Assembly (NCBI GenBank): GCA_035712285.1
Contig: DASTBA010000105.1
Location: 2,927 to 66,926, forward strand
DNA: 64,000 nucleotides
Source: Gemmatimonadales bacterium
GTDB taxonomy: Bacteria > Gemmatimonadota > Gemmatimonadetes > Gemmatimonadales > GWC2-71-9
Reading direction: 5' to 3'
Below the pieces are notes generated by a model, which saw only the letters and a program-made list of their open reading frames with translations, was not told where the DNA came from and did not search any database. The position numbers and the translations under genes were made by a program. Shown here one piece after another: positions 46,763 through 56,544 of the stretch; position 1 is the first letter of the stretch; each line of letters begins with the position of its first letter.

Positions 46763-47647
46763 ATGTCGCAGCCCCAGCTCCAGGACCTCCTCGAGGCCGG
46801 TGTCCATTTCGGGCACCAGACCCGCCGGTGGAACCCCAAGATGCGGCGCTTCATTTTCGCAGAGCGCTCCGGCATCTACATCATCGACTTGCAGAAGACC
46901 CTCCGGCAGATCACCAAGGCCCAGGAGACGCTGCGCGCGGTGGTGGCGCGGGGCGAGAGCGTGCTGTTCGTCTGCACCAAGCGGCAGCTCAAGGCCATCG
47001 TGCAGGCCGAGGCGGCCAACTGCGGCGCGCTGCACGTGACCGAGCGGTGGCTGGGCGGCATGCTGACCAACTTCCAGACGCTCAAGCGGCAGATCCGCCG
47101 GCTCCGGGAGCTGGAGCAGGGAAGCCAGGACGGCGAGTTCGGCAACTACACCAAGAAGGAAAAGCTGCTCTTCGAGCGGGAGCGCGTGAAGCTGTCGCGC
47201 AACCTCGAGGGCGTGAAGAACATGAACCGGCTGCCGGGCGCGCTCTTCGTGGTGGATGCCAAGAAGGAGAAGATTGCGGTCGCGGAAGCCAACAAGCTGG
47301 GGATCCCGGTGGTGGCCATCGTGGACACCAACGCCGATCCGGACGTGATCACCGTGCCGATTCCGGGCAACGATGATGCGATCCGCTCGGTCTCGCTCAT
47401 CACCAACGCGCTGAGCGACACCATCCGCGAGGCCCGGGCCAGCGCCCCGGTGCGGGATGCGGCGGAGGATGCCGAGGGCGAGATCTACACCAGCGATCTC
47501 GCGGCGGACGATGGCAGCGAGGACCGGCGGCGGCGCCGGCCCGGGCGCCGGAAGCGGCGGCCCAAGCCGGAGGCGATTGCCGCCCGGCTCAAGTCGGAAG
47601 GCGAGGGGGCGGCGGAGGCCAGCGCGGCTTCGAGCTCCGAGAACTAG
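46763..47647 (+). CDS. rpsB: 30S ribosomal protein S2 with charged C-terminal extension
   Basis: LLEAGVHFGHQTRRWNPKMRRFIF, FVCTKRQ and VVAIVDTNADPD. ATG 46763. The last ~65 residues form a low-complexity acidic-then-Arg-rich tail. Confidence 0.93.
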   Translation: MSQPQLQDLLEAGVHFGHQTRRWNPKMRRFIFAERSGIYIIDLQKTLRQITKAQETLRAVVARGESVLFVCTKRQLKAIVQAEAANCGALHVTERWLGGMLTNFQTLKRQIRRLRELEQGSQDGEFGNYTKKEKLLFERERVKLSRNLEGVKNMNRLPGALFVVDAKKEKIAVAEANKLGIPVVAIVDTNADPDVITVPIPGNDDAIRSVSLITNALSDTIREARASAPVRDAAEDAEGEIYTSDLAADDGSEDRRRRRPGRRKRRPKPEAIAARLKSEGEGAAEASAASSSEN

Positions 47648-47671
47648 GCGCACGGGACCTCCCGGGCGTCC

Positions 47672-47714
47672 AACCGCCGCCTTCGGCCCGACAAGCCAAG
47701 GGCGGCGGTTTTGA
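47672..47714 (+). terminator. Terminator/attenuator hairpin between rpsB and tsf
   Basis: AACCGCCGCCTT (47672-47683) pairs with AAGGGCGGCGGTT (47698-47710), with one bulged G. TTTT follows, counting the last two stem Ts. Confidence 0.5.
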
Positions 47715-47758
47715 CTAGAATTCACCAGTGAACTCCGAACGGATTGCGGGTTGAGAAC

Positions 47759-48625
47759 ATGACGAGCGTAACGATCACGGCGAAGGATGTCAGCGAGCTT
47801 CGGGCACGGACCGGGGCGGGAATTCTCGATTGCCGGAAGGCGCTGGAAGAGGCCAACGGCGACATGGACAAGGCGAGCGAGCTGCTCCGCGCCAAGGGCA
47901 TTGCCAAGGCGGAGAAGCGGGCCGGCCGGAGCGCCACCCAGGGCCTCATCGTGGTGGAGATCGCGCCGGATTCCCGGTCGGGCGCCATGGTGGAGCTCAA
48001 CTGCGAGACCGACTTCGTCGCGCGGACGCCGGACTTCCAGGCGCTGGGCAAGGCGCTCACGGGCCACGTGCTCAAGGCCGCGCCCGTGGGCGTCGGCGAG
48101 GGCTCCGCGCTCGAGGCCGCGGCCTTCTCGGCCGATCCCTCCAAGACCGTGGGCCAGGTGGTCAAGGAGACCTCCGGCAAGACCGGCGAGGCCATCGCCT
48201 TCCGGCGCTACGCCCGGTTCGAGCAGAAGGACGGCGTGGTGGCGCACTACCTCCACCACAACGGCATGGTGGGCGTGCTGGTGGCCATGACCGGCCCGGT
48301 GGAGGACGTCACCACCGCCACCGCACGGGACGTGGCCCTTCATATCGCCTCCGCCGACCCGATCGGCGTGCGGCCGGCCGACATCCCGGCCGAGATGCTG
48401 GACCGGGAGCGGCGCATTGCCGAGGAGCAGGTGGCGCAGGAAGGGAAGCCGGAGCAGATCCGCGGCAAGATCGTCGAGGGCAAGCTCCGGAAGTTCGTCG
48501 CGGAGCGGACCCTGCTGGAGCAGCCGTTCGTGCGGGATGACACCGTGACCGTCGGCCAGCTGGTGGCCAAGGCGGCGCACGGACTGGAAGTCATCCGCTT
48601 CGCCCGCTTCCAGGTCGGCGCCTGA
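47759..48625 (+). CDS. tsf: Translation elongation factor Ts
   Basis: [39 protein letters not shown] matches the EF-Ts UBA-like N-terminus from residue 1. The track start TTG 47744 is 5 codons upstream. Confidence 0.93.
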   Translation: MTSVTITAKDVSELRARTGAGILDCRKALEEANGDMDKASELLRAKGIAKAEKRAGRSATQGLIVVEIAPDSRSGAMVELNCETDFVARTPDFQALGKALTGHVLKAAPVGVGEGSALEAAAFSADPSKTVGQVVKETSGKTGEAIAFRRYARFEQKDGVVAHYLHHNGMVGVLVAMTGPVEDVTTATARDVALHIASADPIGVRPADIPAEMLDRERRIAEEQVAQEGKPEQIRGKIVEGKLRKFVAERTLLEQPFVRDDTVTVGQLVAKAAHGLEVIRFARFQVGA

Positions 48626-49335
48626 TGCCGCTGGCCTACCGTCGCGCCCTGCTCAAGATCTCGGGCGAGGCGCTGGCCGGCGAGAAGGGCCAGGGACTCG
48701 ACTATGCCGTGGTCGAGGCCTTGGCGGAAGAACTCAAGGCGGTGCACGCCATGGGCGTGCACCTCTGCCTCGTGGTCGGGGGCGGCAACATCATCCGGGG
48801 CGCGGTCGCGAGCCGTGAAGGGCTGGACCGCGTCTCGGCCGACTACATGGGCATGCTCGCCACCGTCATCAACGCACTGGCGGTGCAGGACGTGCTGGAG
48901 AAGCACGGCGTGGACACGCGGGTCATGACGGCCATCCGCATGGAATCCCTGGCGGAGCCCTACATCCGGCGGCGGGCCATCCGCCACTTGGAGAAGGGGC
49001 GGCTGATCATCTTCGCCGGTGGCACCGGCAATCCGTACTTCTCCACCGACACCGCCGGCGTCCTCCGGGCGCTGGAAATCGAGGCGGAAGTCATCCTCAA
49101 GGCCACCAATGTGGATGGCATCTATACCAGCGATCCCCGCAAGAATCCGGATGCGCAGTTCATTCCGGAGCTTTCCTTCCAGGAAGCGATCGTCAGGAAC
49201 TACGCCGTCATGGACGCCAACGCGTTCGGACTCTGCAAGGCCAACAACCTTCCCATCATCGTCTTCAACATGAACAGGCCCGGCGCCATCTCACGCGTGC
49301 TGCAGGGAGACCGGGTCGGGACCATCGTCCGATGA
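48625..49335 (+). CDS. pyrH: UMP kinase
   Basis: [22 protein letters not shown] and [15 protein letters not shown]. 1-nt overlap with tsf (TGATG). Confidence 0.93.
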   Translation: MPLAYRRALLKISGEALAGEKGQGLDYAVVEALAEELKAVHAMGVHLCLVVGGGNIIRGAVASREGLDRVSADYMGMLATVINALAVQDVLEKHGVDTRVMTAIRMESLAEPYIRRRAIRHLEKGRLIIFAGGTGNPYFSTDTAGVLRALEIEAEVILKATNVDGIYTSDPRKNPDAQFIPELSFQEAIVRNYAVMDANAFGLCKANNLPIIVFNMNRPGAISRVLQGDRVGTIVR

Positions 49336-49886
49336 GCACGATTCCGGAACTCGTGAAGCAGGCCAGGGAGCTCATGGCCAAGGCGGTGGATGCGACGCGG
49401 CGGGAGCTGCAGGGCATCCGGAGTGGCAAGGCGTCCCCGCAACTTCTCGATGTGGTCCGGGTGGAGGCCTACGGCAGCAGCATGCCGCTCAATCAGGTGG
49501 CCATGGTCTCGGCCCCGGAACCCCGCATGCTGGCGGTACAGCCGTTCGACAAGGGGCTGGCGCAGGCCATCGAGAAGGCGATCCGCGATGCCGGCCTGGG
49601 CCTCAACCCGGCCAGTCAGGGCACGCTCATCCGGGTGCCGCTGCCGGCGCTCTCCGAGGAGCGGCGCAAGGAACTGGTCAAGGTGGTGCGGAAGCTGTCG
49701 GAGGAGGGAAAGGTCGCGGTGCGGCATGCGCGCACCGAGACCATCACCAGGGTCAAGAAGGTCGAGCACGTCTCCGACGATGACAAGAGCCGTGCGGAGA
49801 AGGACCTCCAGAAGGTCACCGACGAGCACATCCGGCACATCGACGAATTGGTCTCGGTCAAGGAAGCCGAGATCATGGAAGTCTGA
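49332..49886 (+). CDS. frr: Ribosome recycling factor
   Basis: [32 protein letters not shown]...[18 protein letters not shown], 184 aa. ATGA overlap with pyrH. Confidence 0.93.
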   Translation: MSTIPELVKQARELMAKAVDATRRELQGIRSGKASPQLLDVVRVEAYGSSMPLNQVAMVSAPEPRMLAVQPFDKGLAQAIEKAIRDAGLGLNPASQGTLIRVPLPALSEERRKELVKVVRKLSEEGKVAVRHARTETITRVKKVEHVSDDDKSRAEKDLQKVTDEHIRHIDELVSVKEAEIMEV

Positions 49887-49890
49887 CGGC

Positions 49891-50631
49891 ATGACGGATG
49901 ACGCGCTCGCACAGATTCGCCTGAACGGTGCGGTCCCGCAGCACATCGCGATCATCATGGACGGCAACGGCCGCTGGGCCAGGGGCCGCTCGCTCCCCCG
50001 GCCGCTCGGCCATCATGCGGGGATGAAGGCGGTGCGGGAGGTCGTGGCCGGCGGCCTCGATGCCGGCGTCGAGGTCCTGAGTCTCTTCGCCTTCAGCACC
50101 GAGAACTGGCAGCGGCCCCAGAGCGAGATCGACGCGCTGATGGGGCTGCTGGAGGAGTACATCGCGCGGGAGATGGATGAGCTGCGCGAGCGCGGCGTGC
50201 GGGTCCGGGTGCTGGGCGACCTCGACCGGCTCTCCGAGAGCGGGCGGGAGGCCATCGAGCGGGTGCTGCGGCACACCGAGGGCGGGACCGCCCTCTCGCT
50301 CAACCTCTGCATCTCGTACAGCTCGCGCGCCGAGATCACCCGTGCCGCCCGCCAGCTGGCGCAGGCGGTGGCCCAGGGACGGCTCCGGCCCGACGACATT
50401 GACGAGGATGCGTTGGGGGCCCGGCTCTACACGGCCGGCTTTCCCGACCCCGACCTGCTGATCCGCACGTCCGGCGAGATGCGCATCTCCAACTTCCTGC
50501 TCTGGCAGCTGGCCTATGCCGAGTTCTACGTGACGCCGGTGCTCTGGCCCGACTTCACCCGGGAACACCTCTTCGGGGCCATTCTCGACTTCCAGCGCCG
50601 CGACCGCCGCTTCGGGCGCGTCCCCCTCTGA
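49891..50631 (+). CDS. uppS: Undecaprenyl diphosphate synthase
   Basis: HIAIIMDGNGRWA and IRTSGEMRISNFLLWQLAYAEFY. ATG 49891. The 5' part of track ORF 49390-50631 overlaps frr. Confidence 0.93.
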   Translation: MTDDALAQIRLNGAVPQHIAIIMDGNGRWARGRSLPRPLGHHAGMKAVREVVAGGLDAGVEVLSLFAFSTENWQRPQSEIDALMGLLEEYIAREMDELRERGVRVRVLGDLDRLSESGREAIERVLRHTEGGTALSLNLCISYSSRAEITRAARQLAQAVAQGRLRPDDIDEDALGARLYTAGFPDPDLLIRTSGEMRISNFLLWQLAYAEFYVTPVLWPDFTREHLFGAILDFQRRDRRFGRVPL

Positions 50632-51497
50632 TGGCTGCCAATTTCGGGCGGCGAATCGGGTTCGCCGCCGTGGCCATTCCGGTTGCGCTCGGCCTCGTCT
50701 ACCTGGGCGGCTGGCCGCTGGTGCTGCTGGTGGCGGCGGCCGGTGTGCTCGGCGTGAAGGAACTCTTCGCGTTCGTTCCCCAAGCCGATATCCGGCCCAT
50801 GGCGGCCCCGGGCTATCTCGGCGCGGCGGTGCTGGCGCCGCTCACCTATCTGGCACTGAGCAGTACCGCCGCCGCGGCGTTCTGGGGGGCATGGTGGCCC
50901 TACGTTCTGGCGCTGGGCCTCATCGCGCTGCTCGTCTGGGTGCTCGCGGTGCGGCCGCCCGAAGGGCACCCCATCGAGGCGGCCGGTACGACACTCCTTG
51001 CCGTCGCCTACGCCGCCGCGCTCCCCGCCTTCCTGCTGGTGCTCCGCCATCACGACCGCGGGCTCATGTCCTGGGCCGGTACCTGGCTGGTCTTCTTCCC
51101 GCTCATCGTCACCTGGATCTGCGATACGTTCGCCATGCTGGGCGGCATGCTCATCGGCGGGCCGAAGCTGGCGCCGGTCGTGAGTCCCGGCAAGACGCGC
51201 TCGGGCGGCGTCGCCGGCGTGATCGGCGCGCTGCTCACCGGTGCCGTGTTCGCCTGGTGGGTGTTTCCGGCTGCCGGGGTTCATGCCGGCATCATGCCGG
51301 TCATGTTCATCGCCCTGGTGCTTTCGATCGTGGGCCAGCTTGGAGATCTGGTGGAATCGCTCTTCAAGCGGCAGGCGGGCGTGAAGGATTCGAGCGCGCT
51401 CATTCCTGGGCACGGCGGCGTGCTGGACCGGTTCGATTCGCTCTATTTCGCCATTCCGGTGTGCGCCGCATTCTACCGGATGCTGGGGATCCAGTGA
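50631..51497 (+). CDS. cdsA: Phosphatidate cytidylyltransferase
   Basis: A multi-TM protein with SPGKTRSGGVAG and IPGHGGVLDRFDS. 1-nt overlap with uppS. Confidence 0.9.
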   Translation: MAANFGRRIGFAAVAIPVALGLVYLGGWPLVLLVAAAGVLGVKELFAFVPQADIRPMAAPGYLGAAVLAPLTYLALSSTAAAAFWGAWWPYVLALGLIALLVWVLAVRPPEGHPIEAAGTTLLAVAYAAALPAFLLVLRHHDRGLMSWAGTWLVFFPLIVTWICDTFAMLGGMLIGGPKLAPVVSPGKTRSGGVAGVIGALLTGAVFAWWVFPAAGVHAGIMPVMFIALVLSIVGQLGDLVESLFKRQAGVKDSSALIPGHGGVLDRFDSLYFAIPVCAAFYRMLGIQ

Positions 51498-52627
51498 GCA
51501 CCGCGACCCGTGGCGTGGCGATCCTCGGATCCACCGGCTCGATCGGCCGCAGCACGCTCGAGGTGCTGGCCCGCCAGCGTGATCACTTCCGGGTGGTGGC
51601 GCTCACCGGCGGCTGCAACGCCGATCTCCTGGACGCGCAGGTGCGCGAATGGCATCCGGCGTATTCCGGCCTTGTCTCCGGCCCCGGCGACCGGACTGGC
51701 GGGCCCGACGTGCTGGTCGCGGCGGCGACCCGGCCGGACGCCGACATCGTGGTCAACGCCGTGGTGGGGGCCGCCGGCCTTCCGGCCACGCTGGCGGCCC
51801 TCCGCGCCGGCAAGCGGGTGGCACTCGCCAACAAGGAGTCGCTGGTCATGGCGGGCGGCCTCGTCATGGCCGCCATGCGGGAAGGGGGCGGGGAACTCGT
51901 CCCGGTGGACAGCGAGCACAGCGCCGTGCTGCAATGTCTCGCCGACCAGCGATCGGCGCCGTCGCGACTGATCCTCACGGCCTCCGGGGGCCCGTTCCGG
52001 GAGTGGGACGCGAAGCAGGTGCAGGGTGCCACGGTGGCGCAGGCGCTGGCCCATCCCACCTGGCGGATGGGGCGGAAGATCACGGTGGACAGCGCCACGC
52101 TGGCCAACAAGGCGCTGGAGATCATCGAGGCGCACTTCCTGTTCGGCCTGTCCTACGCCCAGCTGGATGCCGTGGTGCATCCCCAGAGCATCGTGCATGC
52201 GCTGGTGGAGTTCTGCGACGGCAGCGTGATGGCGCAGGTGGGCTTTCCCACGATGGAGCTCCCCATCCTCTACGCGCTCACCTGGCCCGGGCGCCTGCCC
52301 GACGCCGGGGTGCCGCGGTTCGACCCGCTCAGGGCCAGCCCGCTCACGTTCGAGCCGGTCCGGCGGGATCTGTTTGCCGCCTTCCATGCAGGTGTTGCCG
52401 CCGGCGAGGCCGGCGGAACGATGCCCGCCGCATTCAATGCGGCGAACGAACTGGCGGTGGCTGCCTTCCTGGATGGCGGCATCCGCTTCGGCCAGATTGC
52501 CGAGATCATCCGCTACGTGCTGGACGCCCACGCCGGCGCGCCGGCCGACACCCTGGAGGCGGTCCTCGCGGCCGATGCCGCAGCCCGCCGCCGAGCGCTC
52601 GACCTGATTCGACGGACGGCCGCATGA
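51494..52627 (+). CDS. dxr: 1-deoxy-D-xylulose-5-phosphate reductoisomerase
   Basis: VAILGSTGSIGRSTLEV, LANKESLVMAG, DSEHSA and HPTWRMG. GTGA overlap with cdsA. Confidence 0.93.
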   Translation: MSTATRGVAILGSTGSIGRSTLEVLARQRDHFRVVALTGGCNADLLDAQVREWHPAYSGLVSGPGDRTGGPDVLVAAATRPDADIVVNAVVGAAGLPATLAALRAGKRVALANKESLVMAGGLVMAAMREGGGELVPVDSEHSAVLQCLADQRSAPSRLILTASGGPFREWDAKQVQGATVAQALAHPTWRMGRKITVDSATLANKALEIIEAHFLFGLSYAQLDAVVHPQSIVHALVEFCDGSVMAQVGFPTMELPILYALTWPGRLPDAGVPRFDPLRASPLTFEPVRRDLFAAFHAGVAAGEAGGTMPAAFNAANELAVAAFLDGGIRFGQIAEIIRYVLDAHAGAPADTLEAVLAADAAARRRALDLIRRTAA

Positions 52628-54000
52628 TCGTCGCTGCTCTTGCCCTCATCGTGGTACTCGGCGTGCTCATCTTCGTGCATGAGCTCGGGCACTTCGTGGC
52701 CGCCAAGTGGGCGGGGGTGTTCGTGCATCGTTTTTCGCTGGGGATCGGGCCGCCGGTCAAGGCACTGAGCTTCCGGCGAGGGGAGACGGAGTATGCCATC
52801 TCCTGGCTGCCCCTGGGTGGCTACGTGAAGATGGCGAGCGCCGAGGAAGAGGCGATGCTCGCGTCGCTGGAGGGCGGCCGTCCGCACGAACCGGTGCCGG
52901 CCGACCGGCTGTTCGAGGCCAAGCCGCTGTGGAAGCGGATGATCATCATGGTGGCCGGCGTGACCATGAACATGCTGTTCGCCTGGGTGGTCTATGCCGG
53001 GCTCGCGCTGCACGCGGGCAAGGTCAGCAACCTGGAGACCCGGGTAGGGCTGGTGGACTCCACGGCCGTGCCGGCCGGGGCCGAGGCGCTCAGGACCCTG
53101 GCGGCCGGCGATCGCATCGTCCGCATCAACGGCGATTCGGTGGACAGCTGGAACGCGGTGCTTGACCGGATTCAGAATGCCGGCGGCCCATCGCTGGACA
53201 TCGCGCTGGCGGGCGGACGGCAGGTGTCGCTCGCAATCCCGGCTGATGCGGTCGGCGAACGACTCAAGGCCTCGGCCGCGCTGGCACCCTGGCGCTCCGC
53301 CGTCCTGGACTCGGTCGTGCCGGATCGGGCGGCCGGTCTCGCCGGCCTCAGGGCCGGTGATTCGGTGGTGGCCATCAATGGCCAGCCGGTCCGGCAATGG
53401 TACGACCTGACCCGGATGGTGGAGGCGCTGCCGCACCAGCCGATCGCGGTCCAGGTGGTTCGCGCGGGGACCTTGCACGAATTCCGCTTCGTCACCGACT
53501 CGCAGGTGGTGCTCGATACCCTGGGGTCCAGCCGGGTCGTGGGTCTGCTGGGGGTCACCAGTCAGCTGCATTTCCGGCATGATCCGCTCAGCCTGGGTGG
53601 TGCGATCACGGAGGGCTGGCAGCAGACCGCGGGCGCCGTCCAGCAGATCGGCCGGACCGTCAAGGGCATGGTGCGGGGTCACGTGGCCGGACGGGAACTG
53701 GGCGGCCCGCTGCTGATCGGGCAGCTGGCGGGCCAGAGCGCCCGGATGGGGATCGAGGTCTTCCTGGCCTTCATGGCGCTGATCTCGGTGAACCTCGCCG
53801 TGCTGAACTTCCTGCCGATCCCCCTGCTGGACGGCGGCCAGTTCGTGTTCCTGCTGGCCGAGGGGATCCTGCGGAAGCCCCTGCCGCTCAAGGTCCGGGA
53901 AACCGCCTCGATGGTGGGGTTTGTCCTGCTGATCCTGCTCATGGTCTTTGCCTTCTCCAACGACCTCCGGCGGATCTTTGGCGGGATACTGGGGGGGTAG
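52624..54000 (+). CDS. rseP: RIP zinc metalloprotease RseP (site-2 protease)
   Basis: The HExxH motif [15 protein letters not shown]-like middle regions and the C-terminal [15 protein letters not shown] overlap with dxr. Confidence 0.9.
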   Translation: MIVAALALIVVLGVLIFVHELGHFVAAKWAGVFVHRFSLGIGPPVKALSFRRGETEYAISWLPLGGYVKMASAEEEAMLASLEGGRPHEPVPADRLFEAKPLWKRMIIMVAGVTMNMLFAWVVYAGLALHAGKVSNLETRVGLVDSTAVPAGAEALRTLAAGDRIVRINGDSVDSWNAVLDRIQNAGGPSLDIALAGGRQVSLAIPADAVGERLKASAALAPWRSAVLDSVVPDRAAGLAGLRAGDSVVAINGQPVRQWYDLTRMVEALPHQPIAVQVVRAGTLHEFRFVTDSQVVLDTLGSSRVVGLLGVTSQLHFRHDPLSLGGAITEGWQQTAGAVQQIGRTVKGMVRGHVAGRELGGPLLIGQLAGQSARMGIEVFLAFMALISVNLAVLNFLPIPLLDGGQFVFLLAEGILRKPLPLKVRETASMVGFVLLILLMVFAFSNDLRRIFGGILGG

Positions 54001-54092
54001 GCCGGGACTTGCCCGGCGGTGGGAAACGGGGTTATCTTGCTGAGCTTGGAGAGTTTACGGACTTGGCGGCGGACAACGAGGACACAGCGCGC

Positions 54093-54353
54093 ATGACGTT
54101 TGACAAGCAGCCGGTGCTGGAGAAGTACCGGGCCCACGAGACGGACACCGGTTCCACCCGGCTTCAGGTGGCGGTGCTCACCGAGCGGATCAACTCGCTC
54201 ACCGATCATTTCCGCACCCATCCCAAGGATCACCACAGCCGCCGCGGCCTGCTCAAGATGGTGGGCACCCGCCGCCGGCTCCTGACCTACCTCCGGCGCA
54301 CGGACCTGGACGGGTACCGCGCGCTGATCGAGGAACTGGGTCTCCGCCACTAG
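54093..54353 (+). CDS. rpsO: 30S ribosomal protein S15
   Basis: [52 protein letters not shown] 54093 lies within track ORF 54009-54353. Confidence 0.93.
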   Translation: MTFDKQPVLEKYRAHETDTGSTRLQVAVLTERINSLTDHFRTHPKDHHSRRGLLKMVGTRRRLLTYLRRTDLDGYRALIEELGLRH

Positions 54354-54368
54354 CACACAGCGATGGTC

Positions 54369-54401
54369 AGGGCGTCTCGGTCATGGGGACCGGGACGCCC
54401 T
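54369..54401 (+). promoter_or_regulatory. 14-bp hairpin in the rpsO-pnp intergenic region
   Basis: AGGGCGTCTCGGTC (54369-54382), loop ATGGG, then GACCGGGACGCCCT (54388-54401). All 14 positions pair, with one G-U. No U tract follows. Confidence 0.55.
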
Positions 54402-54449
54402 CTGCGCATTGGGCGCCGCGCTGCCACAGAGAGAGAAACGGACAAAGAC

Positions 54450-56537
54450 GTGACCGTACAGAAAATCGAAACCGAGTTCGCGGGACGCGCGCTCAAGCTG
54501 GAAACCGGGCGCATGGCCAAGCAGGCCGCCGGCTCCGCCCTCGTGCAGTTCGGGGACACCATGGTGCTGGCCGCCGTGACGGTGTCGCCCAATGTCTCCA
54601 CCCTGCCGTTCTTTCCCCTCACCGTCGAATACCGCGAGAAGACCTACGCCGCCGGCAAGATCCCGGGCGGGTTCCTCAAGCGTGAGGGCCGACCGTCGGA
54701 CGAGGAGATCCTTGCCGCGCGCCTGATCGACCGCTCCATCCGCCCCCTCTTTCCCGAGGGCTTCAAGAACGAGGTCCAGGTCTTCGTGACGGTGCTCTCC
54801 GCCGATCAGGAGAACGACGCGGACATCGTGGGCATGGTGGCGGCCTCCACGGCGCTGGCGCTGAGCGAGGTGCCGTGGAACGGGCCGCTGGCCGCGGTGC
54901 GGGTGGGCCGCGTGGACGGGAACTGGATCCTGAACCCGACCTTCCAGCAGCTCGACGCCTCCACGATTGACCTGGTCGTCAGTGGCTCGGCCGATTCCAT
55001 CGTGATGGTCGAGGGCGGCGCGCTGGAGGTCTCCGAGCAGGAGATGCTGGACGCGCTCGGCGTGGCCCAGAAGGGCATCGCGGAGCTCATCAAGACCCAG
55101 AAGAAGATCCTGGACAAGGCCAAGGCCGAGAAGATGGCCTGGAAGAAGGCCGAGCCGAACGCCGAGCTGGGCGCCGCGGTGCGGAAGCTGGCGGAGAAGA
55201 AGATCGCCGGCGCCATGAACGCCAAGGACAAGGGCGGTCGCGCCGACAACCTGCGCGCCGTGCGGGACGAGGTCTTCGCCGCGCTGGCCGAGACCTATCC
55301 GGAGGGCCAGAAGGAGATCGCCGCCGAGCTCGAGGAGATCGAGTACCGCGCCATGCGGGCCCAGGTGCTGGACAAGGGCGAGCGGGTGGATGGCCGGGAT
55401 ACCGACACCGTCCGGCCGATCACCATCGATTCCAGCGTGCTGCCGCGCGCCCACGGCTCGGCGCTCTTCACCCGGGGCGAGACCCAGGCGCTAGTGAGCG
55501 TCACGCTCGGCACCGCCGATGACGAGCAGCGGCTCGACAGCATCGACGTGGCCGGCGAGACCACCAAGTCGTTCATGCTGCACTACAACTTCCCGCCCTT
55601 CTCGACGGGCGAGGTCAAGATGATCCGCGGCACCAGCCGCCGCGAGATCGGGCATGGCGCGCTGGCCGAGCGGGCGCTCCAGCCGCTGCTGCCGGAGTAC
55701 GACACCTTCCCGTACACCCTGCGCGTGGTGTCGGAAATCCTCGAGTCCAACGGCTCGTCCTCGATGGCCACCGTCTGCGGCGGCTCGCTCGCGCTGATGG
55801 ATGCCGGCGTGCCGATGAAGGCGCCCTGCGCCGGTGTGGCGATGGGGCTCATCAAGGAAGGGAAGAAGGTCGCCATCCTCACCGACATCCTGGGCTCCGA
55901 GGATCACCTCGGCGACATGGACTTCAAGGTGGCGGGCACCGAGAAGGGCATCACCTCCATCCAGATGGACATCAAGATCGAGGGACTGGATCTCGCGATC
56001 ATGGCCGAGGCGCTGGAGAAGGCCCGGAACGGCCGGCTGCACATCCTCAAGGAGATGAAGAAGGCCCTGGCCGCGCCGCGGGCGGATCTCTCGCCCTATG
56101 CGCCGCGCATCGTGACGGTGCAGATCAAGCCCGACAAGATCGGCGACGTGATCGGGCCCAAGGGCAAGACGGTCCGGGGCATCCAGGACGCCACCGGCGC
56201 CAAGATCTCGATCGAGGACAGCGGCGTCATCACCATCGCCGGCGTGGGTCCCGAGACCATCGAGAAGGCACGCGCCATGATCGCGGCCATCACCACCGAG
56301 CCCGAGGTGGGCAAGGTGTACGAGGGCCCGGTCAAGAGCACCACGCCGTTCGGCGCCTTCGTGGAGATCCTGCCCGGCGTCGAGGGGCTGCTCCATATCT
56401 CGGAGCTGCAGCACGGCCGCACCGAGAAGACCGAGGATGTGGTCAAGGCCGGTGACGTGGTGCAGGTGAAACTGCTCTCGGTGGATGAGCGCGGCCGCAT
56501 GAAGCTGTCCCGCAAGGCGCTACTTCCCAAGGAGTAG
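54450..56537 (+). CDS. pnp: Polyribonucleotide nucleotidyltransferase (PNPase)
   Basis: FPLTVEYREKTYAAGKIPGGFLKREGRPS, two RNase PH domains, KH (IGPKGKTVRGIQ) and S1 (GAFVEILPGVEGLLHISEL). GTG 54450 is preferred over the track start 54363. Confidence 0.93.
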   Translation: MTVQKIETEFAGRALKLETGRMAKQAAGSALVQFGDTMVLAAVTVSPNVSTLPFFPLTVEYREKTYAAGKIPGGFLKREGRPSDEEILAARLIDRSIRPLFPEGFKNEVQVFVTVLSADQENDADIVGMVAASTALALSEVPWNGPLAAVRVGRVDGNWILNPTFQQLDASTIDLVVSGSADSIVMVEGGALEVSEQEMLDALGVAQKGIAELIKTQKKILDKAKAEKMAWKKAEPNAELGAAVRKLAEKKIAGAMNAKDKGGRADNLRAVRDEVFAALAETYPEGQKEIAAELEEIEYRAMRAQVLDKGERVDGRDTDTVRPITIDSSVLPRAHGSALFTRGETQALVSVTLGTADDEQRLDSIDVAGETTKSFMLHYNFPPFSTGEVKMIRGTSRREIGHGALAERALQPLLPEYDTFPYTLRVVSEILESNGSSSMATVCGGSLALMDAGVPMKAPCAGVAMGLIKEGKKVAILTDILGSEDHLGDMDFKVAGTEKGITSIQMDIKIEGLDLAIMAEALEKARNGRLHILKEMKKALAAPRADLSPYAPRIVTVQIKPDKIGDVIGPKGKTVRGIQDATGAKISIEDSGVITIAGVGPETIEKARAMIAAITTEPEVGKVYEGPVKSTTPFGAFVEILPGVEGLLHISELQHGRTEKTEDVVKAGDVVQVKLLSVDERGRMKLSRKALLPKE

Positions 56538-56544
56538 CCGCGGG

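Noticed and set aside
47721-47732. The inverted repeat TTCAC-CA-GTGAA upstream of tsf.
   Set aside because: The arms are only 5 bp. The orientation and spacing are opposite to a Rex site and no other support exists. It is likely chance or part of the tsf promoter region.
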